Shown piece by piece: positions 39,643-48,230 of a stretch of DNA of 64,000 bases. The stretch is from a virus. Taxonomy: Duplodnaviria > Caudoviricetes. Location: positions 27,868 to 91,867 of IMG/VR virus record IMGVR_UViG_2627853916_000003; one strand, written 5' to 3'. The position numbers and the translations under genes are program-made. Every line of letters starts with the position of its first letter. Positions within the stretch are counted from its first letter, which is position 1. The notes under the pieces are model-generated. The model was not told the DNA's origin and did no database searches. It saw only the letters and a program-made list of their open reading frames with translations.

Positions 39643-39956
39643 ATCAATCCCCCTTTAACGTTTCGATTGGCCTCAAGCCTCTCGATAAAATCTCTCTGAT
39701 ACTGTTTTAATTCGAATTGGCCACACGCCTCGACAAAGGCCGTTAGGCTTGGCGCTTCGCGTTTAAATCTGGCGTACTGGCGCATAACTTGGCGTGAATA
39801 GGTCTTACCGCTCCGGCCATCGGACAGGCCACCAGCAAAGGCGGCCTTTTTGTTTAATGCACTGGCTACACTGACAGCCAAAAACGACTTCCTATGAATG
39901 GCCAGCTCGCTATCGTAATCGTCACAAATCACGATGGTTGCTTGTCGTCCTCTCAT
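39630..39956 (-). CDS. Hypothetical protein with terminase-like motifs
   Basis: RGRQATIVICDD (Walker B-like) and LKQYQRDFI (Q-motif-like). Confidence 0.5.
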   Translation of the reverse strand: MRGRQATIVICDDYDSELAIHRKSFLAVSVASALNKKAAFAGGLSDGRSGKTYSRQVMRQYARFKREAPSLTAFVEACGQFELKQYQRDFIERLEANRNVKGGLICLG

Positions 39957-39958
39957 AA

Positions 39959-40300
39959 CTACATTGCTCGCATTTTCTCGAACTCAATCAATCTTCGAAT
40001 GGTGGCCATTTCCTCTAGGCATACCGCCTCGTTGTGCATGACCTTGTTAATATCGCGCTTCTCGTACTTGGCTTGTTCTATTTTCAGTTCGGACAGCTTC
40101 TTATCGGCTTGGCGTAGATAGTTGGAAAAGGCGCGCGTTCCAGCATCAAGCGTTGATAGCTTCACTTGGATTTCCTTTTGCAGTTCTAAGAACGCTAACA
40201 AAGGCATTTCTTGTTGCGCCTTATATCGTGCTGCTTTCTTCTCAAGTCGTTTGTATTCAGCCTCAAGCGCATCAATGACAAGTTGCGTTCTACTTCTCAT
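39959..40300 (-). CDS. Coiled-coil protein
   Basis: ORF from MRSRTQL; heptad pattern. Confidence 0.55.
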   Translation of the reverse strand: MRSRTQLVIDALEAEYKRLEKKAARYKAQQEMPLLAFLELQKEIQVKLSTLDAGTRAFSNYLRQADKKLSELKIEQAKYEKRDINKVMHNEAVCLEEMATIRRLIEFEKMRAM

Positions 40301-40526
40301 AGCTCTTTTGTGCCTCTTTCTGGCGCGCTGGCTTCCATATCCAGCGTTTTGCGCCCAAACCAGTACCAGACAATGACCCTTGGATATAAACGCCTCTACG
40401 GCCAATATTGAGCGTTAACCAGCGCCCACCGATTGAGACGCTAGTAAAGCCACTTTTGCCAAAGTTAACCCTTATCAGGCCAAGTATTCGGAATGATTTG
40501 CGGAAAGTAATGTTCGTTTTTCGCAT
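40290..40526 (-). CDS. DUF4236-like protein
   Basis: FRKSFRILG.IRVNFGKSG.TSVSIG...GTGL pattern. Confidence 0.75.
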   Translation of the reverse strand: MRKTNITFRKSFRILGLIRVNFGKSGFTSVSIGGRWLTLNIGRRGVYIQGSLSGTGLGAKRWIWKPARQKEAQKSYEK

Positions 40527-40975
40527 GGTATGTACTCAAAATGGTTTGCATTCTTGGTGCGAGCTGCCCCTGTAATAATCAGGGCGTTGTCATCATTGGT
40601 GATTGTGGCCATTAGCACCTTTTTGGCCGTATCGGTTAAGTAAGATTCGTTAACGATGATCTTAAAGTTATGTAGACACCAACCCGCCAGCGCTTCCTCT
40701 CGACCACTGCGGTAGTGCTGAAACATGATCGACGGTCGGCCAAATGTATCGGCGTTCTTAATGTAAACCTCGCCACTGTGTTTAACGATTTTCTCTACCA
40801 TTAGGCAATCTTCAATCAGGGATAGATATTCGTGCTTATCCTGGACTGAACAAACAAACAGAACTCGACGTTTTGGATTGTGCTTAATACAGGCCATAGC
40901 AAAGCGCATTGCGTCAATCTTTGAGTTACTTGCTACCGTGGCAAAGTAGTTCTCTGTATTGGTGATTAGGTTCAT
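40475..40975 (-). CDS. Degenerate terminase ATPase-domain paralogue
   Basis: RSGREEALAGWCLHNFKIIVNES versus PacB RIGNEEALAGEHAKHLFVIVDEA. Confidence 0.65.
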   Translation of the reverse strand: MNLITNTENYFATVASNSKIDAMRFAMACIKHNPKRRVLFVCSVQDKHEYLSLIEDCLMVEKIVKHSGEVYIKNADTFGRPSIMFQHYRSGREEALAGWCLHNFKIIVNESYLTDTAKKVLMATITNDDNALIITGAARTKNANHFEYIPCEKRTLLSANHSEYLA

Positions 40976-41130
40976 AAAGACGCCACCTTAAATATAAAAT
41001 CCGACATAAGGACGACCAGAACAAGGCCGATCACAATGCGCGGGAACTCGGGCAACTTGATCACATCAAACACGCATTCCAGCACAAAGAAAATCGCAAC
41101 GGCCAACCAGAACGCTGGCCAGTTAATCAT
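40972..41130 (-). CDS. Small two-TM membrane protein (not in ORF track)
   Basis: Manual translation MINWPAFWLAVAIFFVLECV...; 52 aa; overlaps both neighbours. Confidence 0.65.
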   Translation of the reverse strand: MINWPAFWLAVAIFFVLECVFDVIKLPEFPRIVIGLVLVVLMSDFIFKVASL

Positions 41131-41629
41131 CTTCATTACAGTCATCATCCGATAAAGGGATTAGTCGTTTTAAACCCGCGAACGCAGTAGAAAGCGCGAT
41201 CGCATCCAGTGAGCGTGGTTTGTGGATAGTCCATTGGCCTTTGCCGTTAATGGCCACCAGCTCGCGCTTAATATCATGGCCAGTGTCACTCGCCACCAGC
41301 CCCGCCAACTCAAATAAGAGCTTCACACGCGCACTAGCAAATCGGCTTGTTTCGCCTACAGGAATGAATACGTTTTGTGTCTTAACTTTGCAGCGTAGGA
41401 ACTCATAAATGAAGCAGCCGCAACCGTGACTGGACACAACCGCATGATCATCACCAATAAGCGCTAACAGATTCGCTTTCCAGTCGTCGTTAAAGATCTT
41501 GGAAGTGTCCAGAAAACGGAATCCATCCACTATAGGGCGCTCTTGTTCGTCCTTGTGGCACTTGATTTCACATAGGTAAGGCTGGTTCTTGTGAAAACCA
41601 ACCGATACAACTCGTATTAGCTTGCTCAT
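41123..41629 (-). CDS. Degenerate terminase nuclease-domain paralogue
   Basis: AINGKGQWTIHKP versus PacB AINESGQWVMMPKP; AVVSSHGCG versus IAVDSDGVG. Confidence 0.6.
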   Translation of the reverse strand: MSKLIRVVSVGFHKNQPYLCEIKCHKDEQERPIVDGFRFLDTSKIFNDDWKANLLALIGDDHAVVSSHGCGCFIYEFLRCKVKTQNVFIPVGETSRFASARVKLLFELAGLVASDTGHDIKRELVAINGKGQWTIHKPRSLDAIALSTAFAGLKRLIPLSDDDCNEDD

Positions 41630-42084
41630 TTGGTTAACTCTCGTAATGTCTCCATTGCCGTTTCGGCTTCTTCTTTGTTGGTTGCATTCATTAGGTCGTA
41701 AGCTGCCTTTTTGATGCGAACAAGTGTGGCCGTTGGAGTTAGGCCGTTCTCTTTCTGGACAACGATTGAGAATTGCTGATTAAGCTCGTTATCCACGTAA
41801 TCAAGGAATTGGTAGTTGTTTGCTTTTTTGTGTTTGAAGTAGCCCACGAACGCTGCCGCAAAGTTATGAAGCATTGAGCGTTTAATTTCATCATCAACGC
41901 TTTCATCCATCATTATTTGGCGGTATTTCGCAGCCGTACCAGTGTTTAGTTGATGCACTAGGGCATTAAGCTGTTTGATTTCGTTTTGTTGTCTTTTGAT
42001 GGTCGAGAATGGCCAAATACACATAATTACTGCTCTCTCTGGCTTGGCCAAGGCAACGCCCACGAACGCTGCCAAGTGCCGCAT
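41626..42084 (-). CDS. Hypothetical phage protein
   Basis: ORF; start uncertain. Confidence 0.55.
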   Translation of the reverse strand: MRHLAAFVGVALAKPERAVIMCIWPFSTIKRQQNEIKQLNALVHQLNTGTAAKYRQIMMDESVDDEIKRSMLHNFAAAFVGYFKHKKANNYQFLDYVDNELNQQFSIVVQKENGLTPTATLVRIKKAAYDLMNATNKEEAETAMETLRELTK

Positions 42085-42100
42085 GATTTGAATCGTTGGT

Positions 42101-42334
42101 TTATTTGTTTAGCTGGCGCTCTGTATTGCGGCGTAGTACCCAATATTGGGAATCTGAGGTGGTCATAGCCCAATTGTGATAATGCGCGTTAATGCGGTCT
42201 ACACGGCGGCGCTCTTTGATGTGGTATGCGCGCTCTCTTAAGGCGAGATAAAGCACGTAGGCACAAAAGATAAAAATGACTATCGAGGCGACATTGAACG
42301 CCCAAAAGATAACGGTATCTAGCTGTCTGCTCAT
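42101..42334 (-). CDS. Small membrane protein
   Basis: N-terminal TM helix. Confidence 0.6.
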   Translation of the reverse strand: MSRQLDTVIFWAFNVASIVIFIFCAYVLYLALRERAYHIKERRRVDRINAHYHNWAMTTSDSQYWVLRRNTERQLNK

Positions 42335-42400
42335 TTGTCTATATGGTTTGCTGGTGGTTTTGTATCGAGATACCGGCTTTTGCTGTAGCCGGTATGTGGT

Positions 42401-42658
42401 TTAGTGGTAGTGGCGAACTTCGAAGCGTTTAACCTTAGATTCTTCTAGGATTGCGGCTAGTCGGTCTAAGCGCCATTCCCTCGGCTTATCATCGCGCGTG
42501 TAGCGCACTGAGTAGGCTTTTAGGTCGTCGGTAGTGTTATCGATGGCCAGTAGGGAAAAACCGCCGCTCGCTTGCTGTTGAGCGACGATACTGAGCTGGT
42601 GGCCATGTTCCACCAGCCGTTTGAACTCACATAATTTAATCGGTGTAATCATTGCCAT
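42401..42658 (-). CDS. Small plasmid-type hypothetical protein
   Basis: PREWRLDRLAAILEESKVKRFEV C-terminal pattern. Confidence 0.55.
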   Translation of the reverse strand: MAMITPIKLCEFKRLVEHGHQLSIVAQQQASGGFSLLAIDNTTDDLKAYSVRYTRDDKPREWRLDRLAAILEESKVKRFEVRHYH

Positions 42659-42746
42659 GATGCAAATTCGTCATTTTTAAACGTCTAAAACGTCACGTTT
42701 ATCAATAGGAGCACATTATAACTGTGAGTAACGTATTTGCAAGGTC

Positions 42747-42756
42747 TGTTCGGAAT
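42747..42756 (+). promoter_or_regulatory. Putative C1-type operator
   Basis: TGTTCGGAAT upstream of the 42658-39235 operon. Confidence 0.6.
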
Positions 42757-42775
42757 GAGTATAGGCGAAAGCAAC

Positions 42776-43297
42776 CTATTTAAGCTTAACGCTGCTGACC
42801 TTTTCAATGTGCATCAAAACATCAATAACATCGCTGTGAGCATCGAGTAGCTTTCTCTTTGCAATTGTCCATGCCGCTAATTTTCCGTAAGCGTTCACAC
42901 TAACCTTAATGGAATGCTCATGCTTTTGGTTGCTCTCATCGTACTTGGTGTACCGTGCTACATAGTATTGCTTGCCATCGATGGTAGTTAGCCGTGGGTC
43001 TAGGCTTTTTGGCAAACGCGCCAGTAAGTTGAATTGCGTGCGAACGCGATCCCAAAAACGTCCCCATAACTCTTTGCCGATTTGGTTGCGAATTTTGGTG
43101 GCCTTGCGTAGCCCTTTCTTTTCCCCGATGCGAACAAACCCGACAGAACGATAAATATAACCGCCCTCCGGTTTAGGTACGCTAACGGCGTAACAGGTCT
43201 TTTTCTTGGTAATGAATCGGTAGCCCGTATTAGAAACAAAATACGCATAAGCTTTGCTGCATTCTGGCATTGTCTTACCTTTAAAAAAACAGATCAT
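42776..43297 (-). CDS. AP2-like DNA-binding protein
   Basis: SNTGYRFI... and SVNAYGKLAAWTIAKRK, AP2-like halves. Confidence 0.55.
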   Translation of the reverse strand: MICFFKGKTMPECSKAYAYFVSNTGYRFITKKKTCYAVSVPKPEGGYIYRSVGFVRIGEKKGLRKATKIRNQIGKELWGRFWDRVRTQFNLLARLPKSLDPRLTTIDGKQYYVARYTKYDESNQKHEHSIKVSVNAYGKLAAWTIAKRKLLDAHSDVIDVLMHIEKVSSVKLK

Positions 43298-43392
43298 GCG
43301 ATTCCTTTCGTTTGTGGTTTGATTGGCCGTTGCTGCCCTTTCTTGGCCAAATGGATAACGTTACACGGTAACGTAATTATTTATATTCTAAA

Positions 43393-43593
43393 TTAATGCG
43401 ACAGATTGATATTCTTCAAATCATCATAACTGCACCCAAGCACTAACTTGATGGCCTTTTTACTGAACCCATCTTTCAGCAATTCTCTTACCTTTGGCTT
43501 AAGTTCATTCGGAATGGGCTTTCTGGATAATTCCTGTTGGCGCAGCTTAAATTCGTTAACTCGTAAGTTCGCATTCATTAGAGCTTTACACAT
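43393..43593 (-). CDS. Small HTH protein
   Basis: VRELLKDGFSKKAIKLVLGCS. Confidence 0.55.
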   Translation of the reverse strand: MCKALMNANLRVNEFKLRQQELSRKPIPNELKPKVRELLKDGFSKKAIKLVLGCSYDDLKNINLSH

Positions 43594-43608
43594 AATTATC
43601 CCCTCCCG

Positions 43609-44238
43609 TTACAGTGCCTTTGGCGTTAGTGAAATGCCTGTTGTGTACTCTTTCGCTTCGTCGTGGAACGTTCTTAGGTAGTGGTCGGTCACAGCAATGC
43701 TCGAATGGCCAAGCGCATCTTTGATGACCTTAAGAGACGCGCCACTGTCCAACAGTAGCATGGCGTACATTTTGCGCATGGAATGTGTTGATAGTTGGTA
43801 TGGCAGTCTCAATTCCATCGCTATGCGCTTATATACACGGTTGATGTACTGGATGCTGATCGCGTTGCCTTTCTTGGCCAAGTGGTGATTGGATTGAAAC
43901 ATCACCTCATTATGGCCATTGTGCAAATAGATACGTCGAATCAGTTCTTCCAGCTCTGCATTAACGTGGATGGTAATGCGGGATGCTTCCTTAGCAGCCT
44001 TTTGGCTCTTACCTCGGGTAATTCGACCGTTATAGCCTTTTGACTGAACAATGGTAAATGACGACTTAATCACGCCATTTATCATCACATCGCTGAATTT
44101 TAGCTTCGAAATGTCGCAGTAACGCAAACCTGTACGCACTTCCATTTCAATCATCATAGAGATAAGCGGATTAATGTCATCCATTAAACGGATTATTTGT
44201 TGTAACTCGTTTAAGTCACGCGCAGGGAAAGCAGCCAT
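43609..44238 (-). CDS. Tyrosine recombinase (catalytic domain only)
   Basis: TGLRYCDI, HSMRK, LGHSS and TDHY: complete catalytic set. Confidence 0.92.
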   Translation of the reverse strand: MAAFPARDLNELQQIIRLMDDINPLISMMIEMEVRTGLRYCDISKLKFSDVMINGVIKSSFTIVQSKGYNGRITRGKSQKAAKEASRITIHVNAELEELIRRIYLHNGHNEVMFQSNHHLAKKGNAISIQYINRVYKRIAMELRLPYQLSTHSMRKMYAMLLLDSGASLKVIKDALGHSSIAVTDHYLRTFHDEAKEYTTGISLTPKAL

Positions 44239-44696
44239 TAGATTAACTCCACATCATTAGCACTAACTGTCTTAAACTCGCCACCAACGAACACTTGGAT
44301 TTGCAGAGTTCGAGATAGCAAGCCAAAGCCCAAGAACAAGCCTAGTTCGCCATCGATGCGCACGAAATCATGGTGAACGGGCAAGCGGCCAAAGTGATTA
44401 ATCATCTTGGTTTGTGCTTGAGCGCTTTGCGGCTCTTTGATGGTATTGATGGCAAAGCGAAGTTGAGAACGGATTTTCATTGCGTTGCTGCCTTTGCGTG
44501 CTTTGCTGATAGTGCCTTGCACACAAGGGTAGCCGTAGAAGTTACGAATGACAGCGGCGGCTTGCTCTTGGCCACCGCATTCATTAATTAGCTCATCCAG
44601 AGAAACAAGGATAAGGTCATGGTGTTGCTCTTGAATTGCGTTGCGTTTGCTCGCCCACGACTCAGAAAGCGACAATAGCTCATTTTTTTTAAACAT
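44238..44696 (-). CDS. Hypothetical protein, possible HTH, coupled to recombinase
   Basis: GGQEQAAAVI...VQGTISKAR; stop overlaps the recombinase start. Confidence 0.55.
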   Translation of the reverse strand: MFKKNELLSLSESWASKRNAIQEQHHDLILVSLDELINECGGQEQAAAVIRNFYGYPCVQGTISKARKGSNAMKIRSQLRFAINTIKEPQSAQAQTKMINHFGRLPVHHDFVRIDGELGLFLGFGLLSRTLQIQVFVGGEFKTVSANDVELI

Positions 44697-45030
44697 TTTT
44701 TGCTGATCCTTTTTGGCGGTACACCATTGTTTGCTTGCTAAGTAATATATTCCTTTGGAATATCATTTGCAAGCCTGTTCGGAATACTTCACTTGAAAGT
44801 ACAAAGAGTTTCAAAAGTCGCTATTTCGTCGCTTTTTGATACAAAACACAATAAAGAACAAAATACCACCAGCAACATGTGGTTTTTATCGAATATTCCT
44901 ATGGAATATATGGGATTCCGCACACGAAATGCCAGGATTGGACTGAACAAGCAGAATAAGCCTAAGTGACTGTTTTTATTATGTTTTACTGTTTTTGTGT
45001 GGTGCTGGTGGCTTTAAAAGACGTGATAAG

Positions 45031-45062
45031 TTAGTTTCAGTTCCATGCAGAACTGAAACTAA
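45031..45062. other. lox-like site, copy 2 (perfect 13-bp arms)
   Basis: TTAGTTTCAGTTC-CATGCA-GAACTGAAACTAA, at the P1 loxP-equivalent position between recombinase and coi/c1. Confidence 0.6.
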
Positions 45063-45215
45063 AAGGGTGTTTTTAAAAACATGCGACTCCAATTACCCAC
45101 TTGTGGCAATATAATGACAGAGTTACACCGTCACGCGACACGAACAAAACTGCATACCCACACTCATTATGCGGTATGGCTCACGTTATGAAACCTTTCC
45201 AGTGAGTAACGATAC

Positions 45216-45235
45216 AGTTGCATTATTTTGCATAT
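45216..45235. promoter_or_regulatory. Candidate AphA box
   Basis: AGTTGCA-TTATTT-TGCATAT, 12/14 to ATATGCA-N6-TGCATAT. Confidence 0.45.
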
Positions 45236-45369
45236 ATAGACAATCCGAGATCACAGTCTCATAATATTGCGCACAAAAGTGTCCGATTGGATAGTATCCC
45301 CTAAATGCTTTCCAAATCAGGGCGATAATTGTTTGGTTGGCCAGTTGGTTGGCTTAAGAGATATAGACT

Positions 45370-45576
45370 ATGCAGCGCACGTTGAATCAATTAATCCCAC
45401 TTGAAATCCTAGACAAATGTGACCTTTCTTTAGACGCATTTAGTGAGTCGTTCCTAGAAGATGCAACCGATATTTGCATGTTCCACCTTATCCAAACGCA
45501 TCCGAACGCACTATGCAATTCGTCTATCAATCGTGATGATGTTTTAAACTTCGTTCGAGATCACTTCTCCGCTTAA
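45370..45576 (+). CDS. Small acidic protein, positional equivalent of P1 Coi (C1 inactivator)
   Basis: 68 aa; acidic; directly upstream of c1. Confidence 0.45.
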   Translation: MQRTLNQLIPLEILDKCDLSLDAFSESFLEDATDICMFHLIQTHPNALCNSSINRDDVLNFVRDHFSA

Positions 45577-45617
45577 AAATCAATACTTCCCACGTTCTTC
45601 TGTTCGTTTTTTATTTA

Positions 45618-45628
45618 ATTCCGAACAC
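45618..45628 (-). promoter_or_regulatory. Operator upstream of c1 (autoregulation)
   Basis: ATTCCGAACAC. Confidence 0.65.
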
Positions 45629-45723
45629 AAAAACGGTATGCTTAGTATTAAGGGCAAGGGTAGGGTTTTTCGTTACTCGCATACGCTCAGGGATGGAGTG
45701 TAACCCCTGTCCTCCAATGTTAT

Positions 45724-46629
45724 TTGGAGCAACCGTTCACCATGATTAATAAATTAAAGACTAAAATTAAAGATCCCAAACCTATTGATATAGATACACT
45801 TAATCAACTTCTTGCAAATAAACAAACGGCTGATGCTCGCCTTAAACGTGCCTTGAAGCACCGCGCGACATTTTCCGAACAAATTGATGGTAAGGAAGAT
45901 AGTGGACTATTCAATGATCGTATCGTAGCTGTAGTAAAACGTGGCAATCCAACCACTCGTTTACTTGAGTATATTGATGCCGCTAAAGCTGCAAATCAGG
46001 AGCTTTTAGAACGCGCGCCTCAATACTTCAATAGCTCATCTAACTCGTTTAAAGAGACAACCGTAATTGATAACGTTCGTCGCGTTAATATCACAATCAA
46101 TAAAGCTGCAAGCAGCCAAAAAATGACTGGCGCTCGCCTAATTAAACGCCTTGAAGCGTACTTACGTGATATTGACCGACAACTCTCTTACGAATTGCCA
46201 GAAGATGAGTTAGAACAGCTTAATAAGAACAAAGCTGACGCTCTGCGCGAACTGGACTACTTCCAAAAACATGCAGACGTTGAATTTAGAAAACGTGGCC
46301 AAGAACACAACGATATTGTTGCCATCATCCATACCTTTAATGGAAATGACGACACTGTATCGCGTGTAGCGAAAAAGGTTCACGTTAACGCTGGTGGCCT
46401 TGTCGTTATTAGGCATCGTTCTTGTAAAGATCACGATGTGCTAATCACGAACAACACCACTGAGGGACGCTCGATATTTGATGAAGCTAATTCATTCAAA
46501 TCCGTGCTTTACCCAACGGCTACCATGTACATCGAAAGCGAACTAAACGCGATTAGAGAATCCAGAAAAGAGCTAAGAAGTAGAAACGAAAACAAAGCCC
46601 GTTCGCAGTTCGACGGCTATGTTAACTAG
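45724..46629 (+). CDS. c1: P1 C1-like primary repressor
   Basis: Convergent with pacB as in P1; NVRRV...MTGARLIKRL, FRKR and SIFD..YP segments resemble recalled P1 C1. Confidence 0.7.
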   Translation: MEQPFTMINKLKTKIKDPKPIDIDTLNQLLANKQTADARLKRALKHRATFSEQIDGKEDSGLFNDRIVAVVKRGNPTTRLLEYIDAAKAANQELLERAPQYFNSSSNSFKETTVIDNVRRVNITINKAASSQKMTGARLIKRLEAYLRDIDRQLSYELPEDELEQLNKNKADALRELDYFQKHADVEFRKRGQEHNDIVAIIHTFNGNDDTVSRVAKKVHVNAGGLVVIRHRSCKDHDVLITNNTTEGRSIFDEANSFKSVLYPTATMYIESELNAIRESRKELRSRNENKARSQFDGYVN

Positions 46630-46730
46630 CTTCTAGCCCAACAGATTGTTGTTCCGCTTAAATTGGTGATAAGGCGGCGATATGTGGTGTATCGTCGCCT
46701 TTTCTTATTTTTTGTTGTCACCAACGGAAA

Positions 46731-48230
46731 TTACACCGCATCGGAATCCAGCGCTTCCAGTACCCATTGTTCTACGGAGCTGCGTGACTCTAGCATGTTC
46801 TCGGTGATCTCCATTTCGTGCGGTATGTAGTCCACCAATTGAGAGAAACAGTATGTATCCCAACGGTCAGGCGAGGGTATGTTCAATTTCTCTTTCATCA
46901 TCGGCTTAGGCATCATTACCCATTGGCCTGACTCATTGATTGCACAAGGTATTTTACTGCCTTGCTCGGCGGTCTTAACGTTCTTATCTATCTGCATCCG
47001 GCCTTGGTTGATAGAATCCCGCGCCATAACGTTCGCATAGGCACGTTGGTTAAAGAAACGCTGCTTATCGCTGGTGGAGTGCATCTTTTTACCCCAACGA
47101 ATGCGCTGTACGCGCCGTCCGTAACGCTCTAAGCAAGTCGCCGTGTCATAACCTACACCGTCACTATCCACCGCTATCGTGATGTTTGGGTACAAGTCCT
47201 CACTACACTCTGCATGGATAATGTCAGCAAACCGAACCGGATCGACCGTGCTTGGCTGTTCAAGCAACTTCACGTTCTTAACGATGCGCTCCATGCGCTG
47301 ACCCCAAACCTTGCAGATATTGAGTATCGATCTATCTCGACCATTACCCACGTCCACCAGCGCAGCCCAACCCCAACCATCGGGCATATCGAGGTTGAGC
47401 CTTGAGCTTTTATCCAGTGCATCCCGGCTAAGCAGCATGCCAGCAATGGAACTCGGGAACTCCCCACGTACTTTAATCAGGTATTCCGGCGCCTCTCTAC
47501 CGCCATACTCCAATCGCTTATCGAGGATAAACTCCACGGTTACGAACGGCGATTCCTCGGAGTTCAGCCTGATGGCTCGCCATCGACCGCTAGGCTCGGC
47601 TAATCGGTGATGAGTATCGTAGAAATAGCCGCTAGGGCGCGTTGGCTGGCTCAACAACAGCATTCGGTTATCTTTCTCGGTCAATGCACCCGCTAACACA
47701 CCAAAAGCCTTGTCAGAGACGCCTGACGCCTCATCGACAATAACAAACAAGTGTTTAGCGTGTTCACCCGCCAGCGCTTCCTCGTTACCAATACGGCACG
47801 ATTTGGCACTGGTTTGCCAGATGCCTTTTGCTGAGTTTTCAAAAAAGGCCGTCTCGGTAATGGTGAAGTATTGCTGTAACCAACCGTGCTTTTGTAAGAG
47901 CGTGTTCCAGTTGGATTTTAGGTACTTCCACACACCGATTTGTACCTGTCTCGCGTTGTTCGCCACCAGCACAACGCGCGCATTGGGGAAGCAGAGCATG
48001 AAAGCAATGATCATGATACTGGTCATATCTGACTTACCTGTACCGTGGCCAGAACTCACACTCGTTCGCGCACCAATACGCTGAGCACTATCAATGATTT
48101 TGCGTTGTTGCCAGCTCGGTTTCTTACCGACTAACTCAACCGCGAGGCGTTTCCAGTCATAGCGATACCGCTTAACTAGGGCAGGGTAACGGGGATCTTG
48201 TGTTACGCTCTTTATTCGTTTAGCCACCAA
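46731..48230 (-). CDS. pacB: Terminase large subunit PacB
   Basis: SGHGTGKS Walker A; VIVDEA Walker B; VDVG and SPDRWD nuclease motifs. Confidence 0.92.
   Translation of the reverse strand: MVAKRIKSVTQDPRYPALVKRYRYDWKRLAVELVGKKPSWQQRKIIDSAQRIGARTSVSSGHGTGKSDMTSIMIIAFMLCFPNARVVLVANNARQVQIGVWKYLKSNWNTLLQKHGWLQQYFTITETAFFENSAKGIWQTSAKSCRIGNEEALAGEHAKHLFVIVDEASGVSDKAFGVLAGALTEKDNRMLLLSQPTRPSGYFYDTHHRLAEPSGRWRAIRLNSEESPFVTVEFILDKRLEYGGREAPEYLIKVRGEFPSSIAGMLLSRDALDKSSRLNLDMPDGWGWAALVDVGNGRDRSILNICKVWGQRMERIVKNVKLLEQPSTVDPVRFADIIHAECSEDLYPNITIAVDSDGVGYDTATCLERYGRRVQRIRWGKKMHSTSDKQRFFNQRAYANVMARDSINQGRMQIDKNVKTAEQGSKIPCAINESGQWVMMPKPMMKEKLNIPSPDRWDTYCFSQLVDYIPHEMEITENMLESRSSVEQWVLEALDSDAV

Noticed and set aside
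27900-43515. Operator-like TTCGGAAT hits at 27900, 40486 and 43507
   Set aside because: They lie inside coding sequence and are partial matches, so they were not counted as operators
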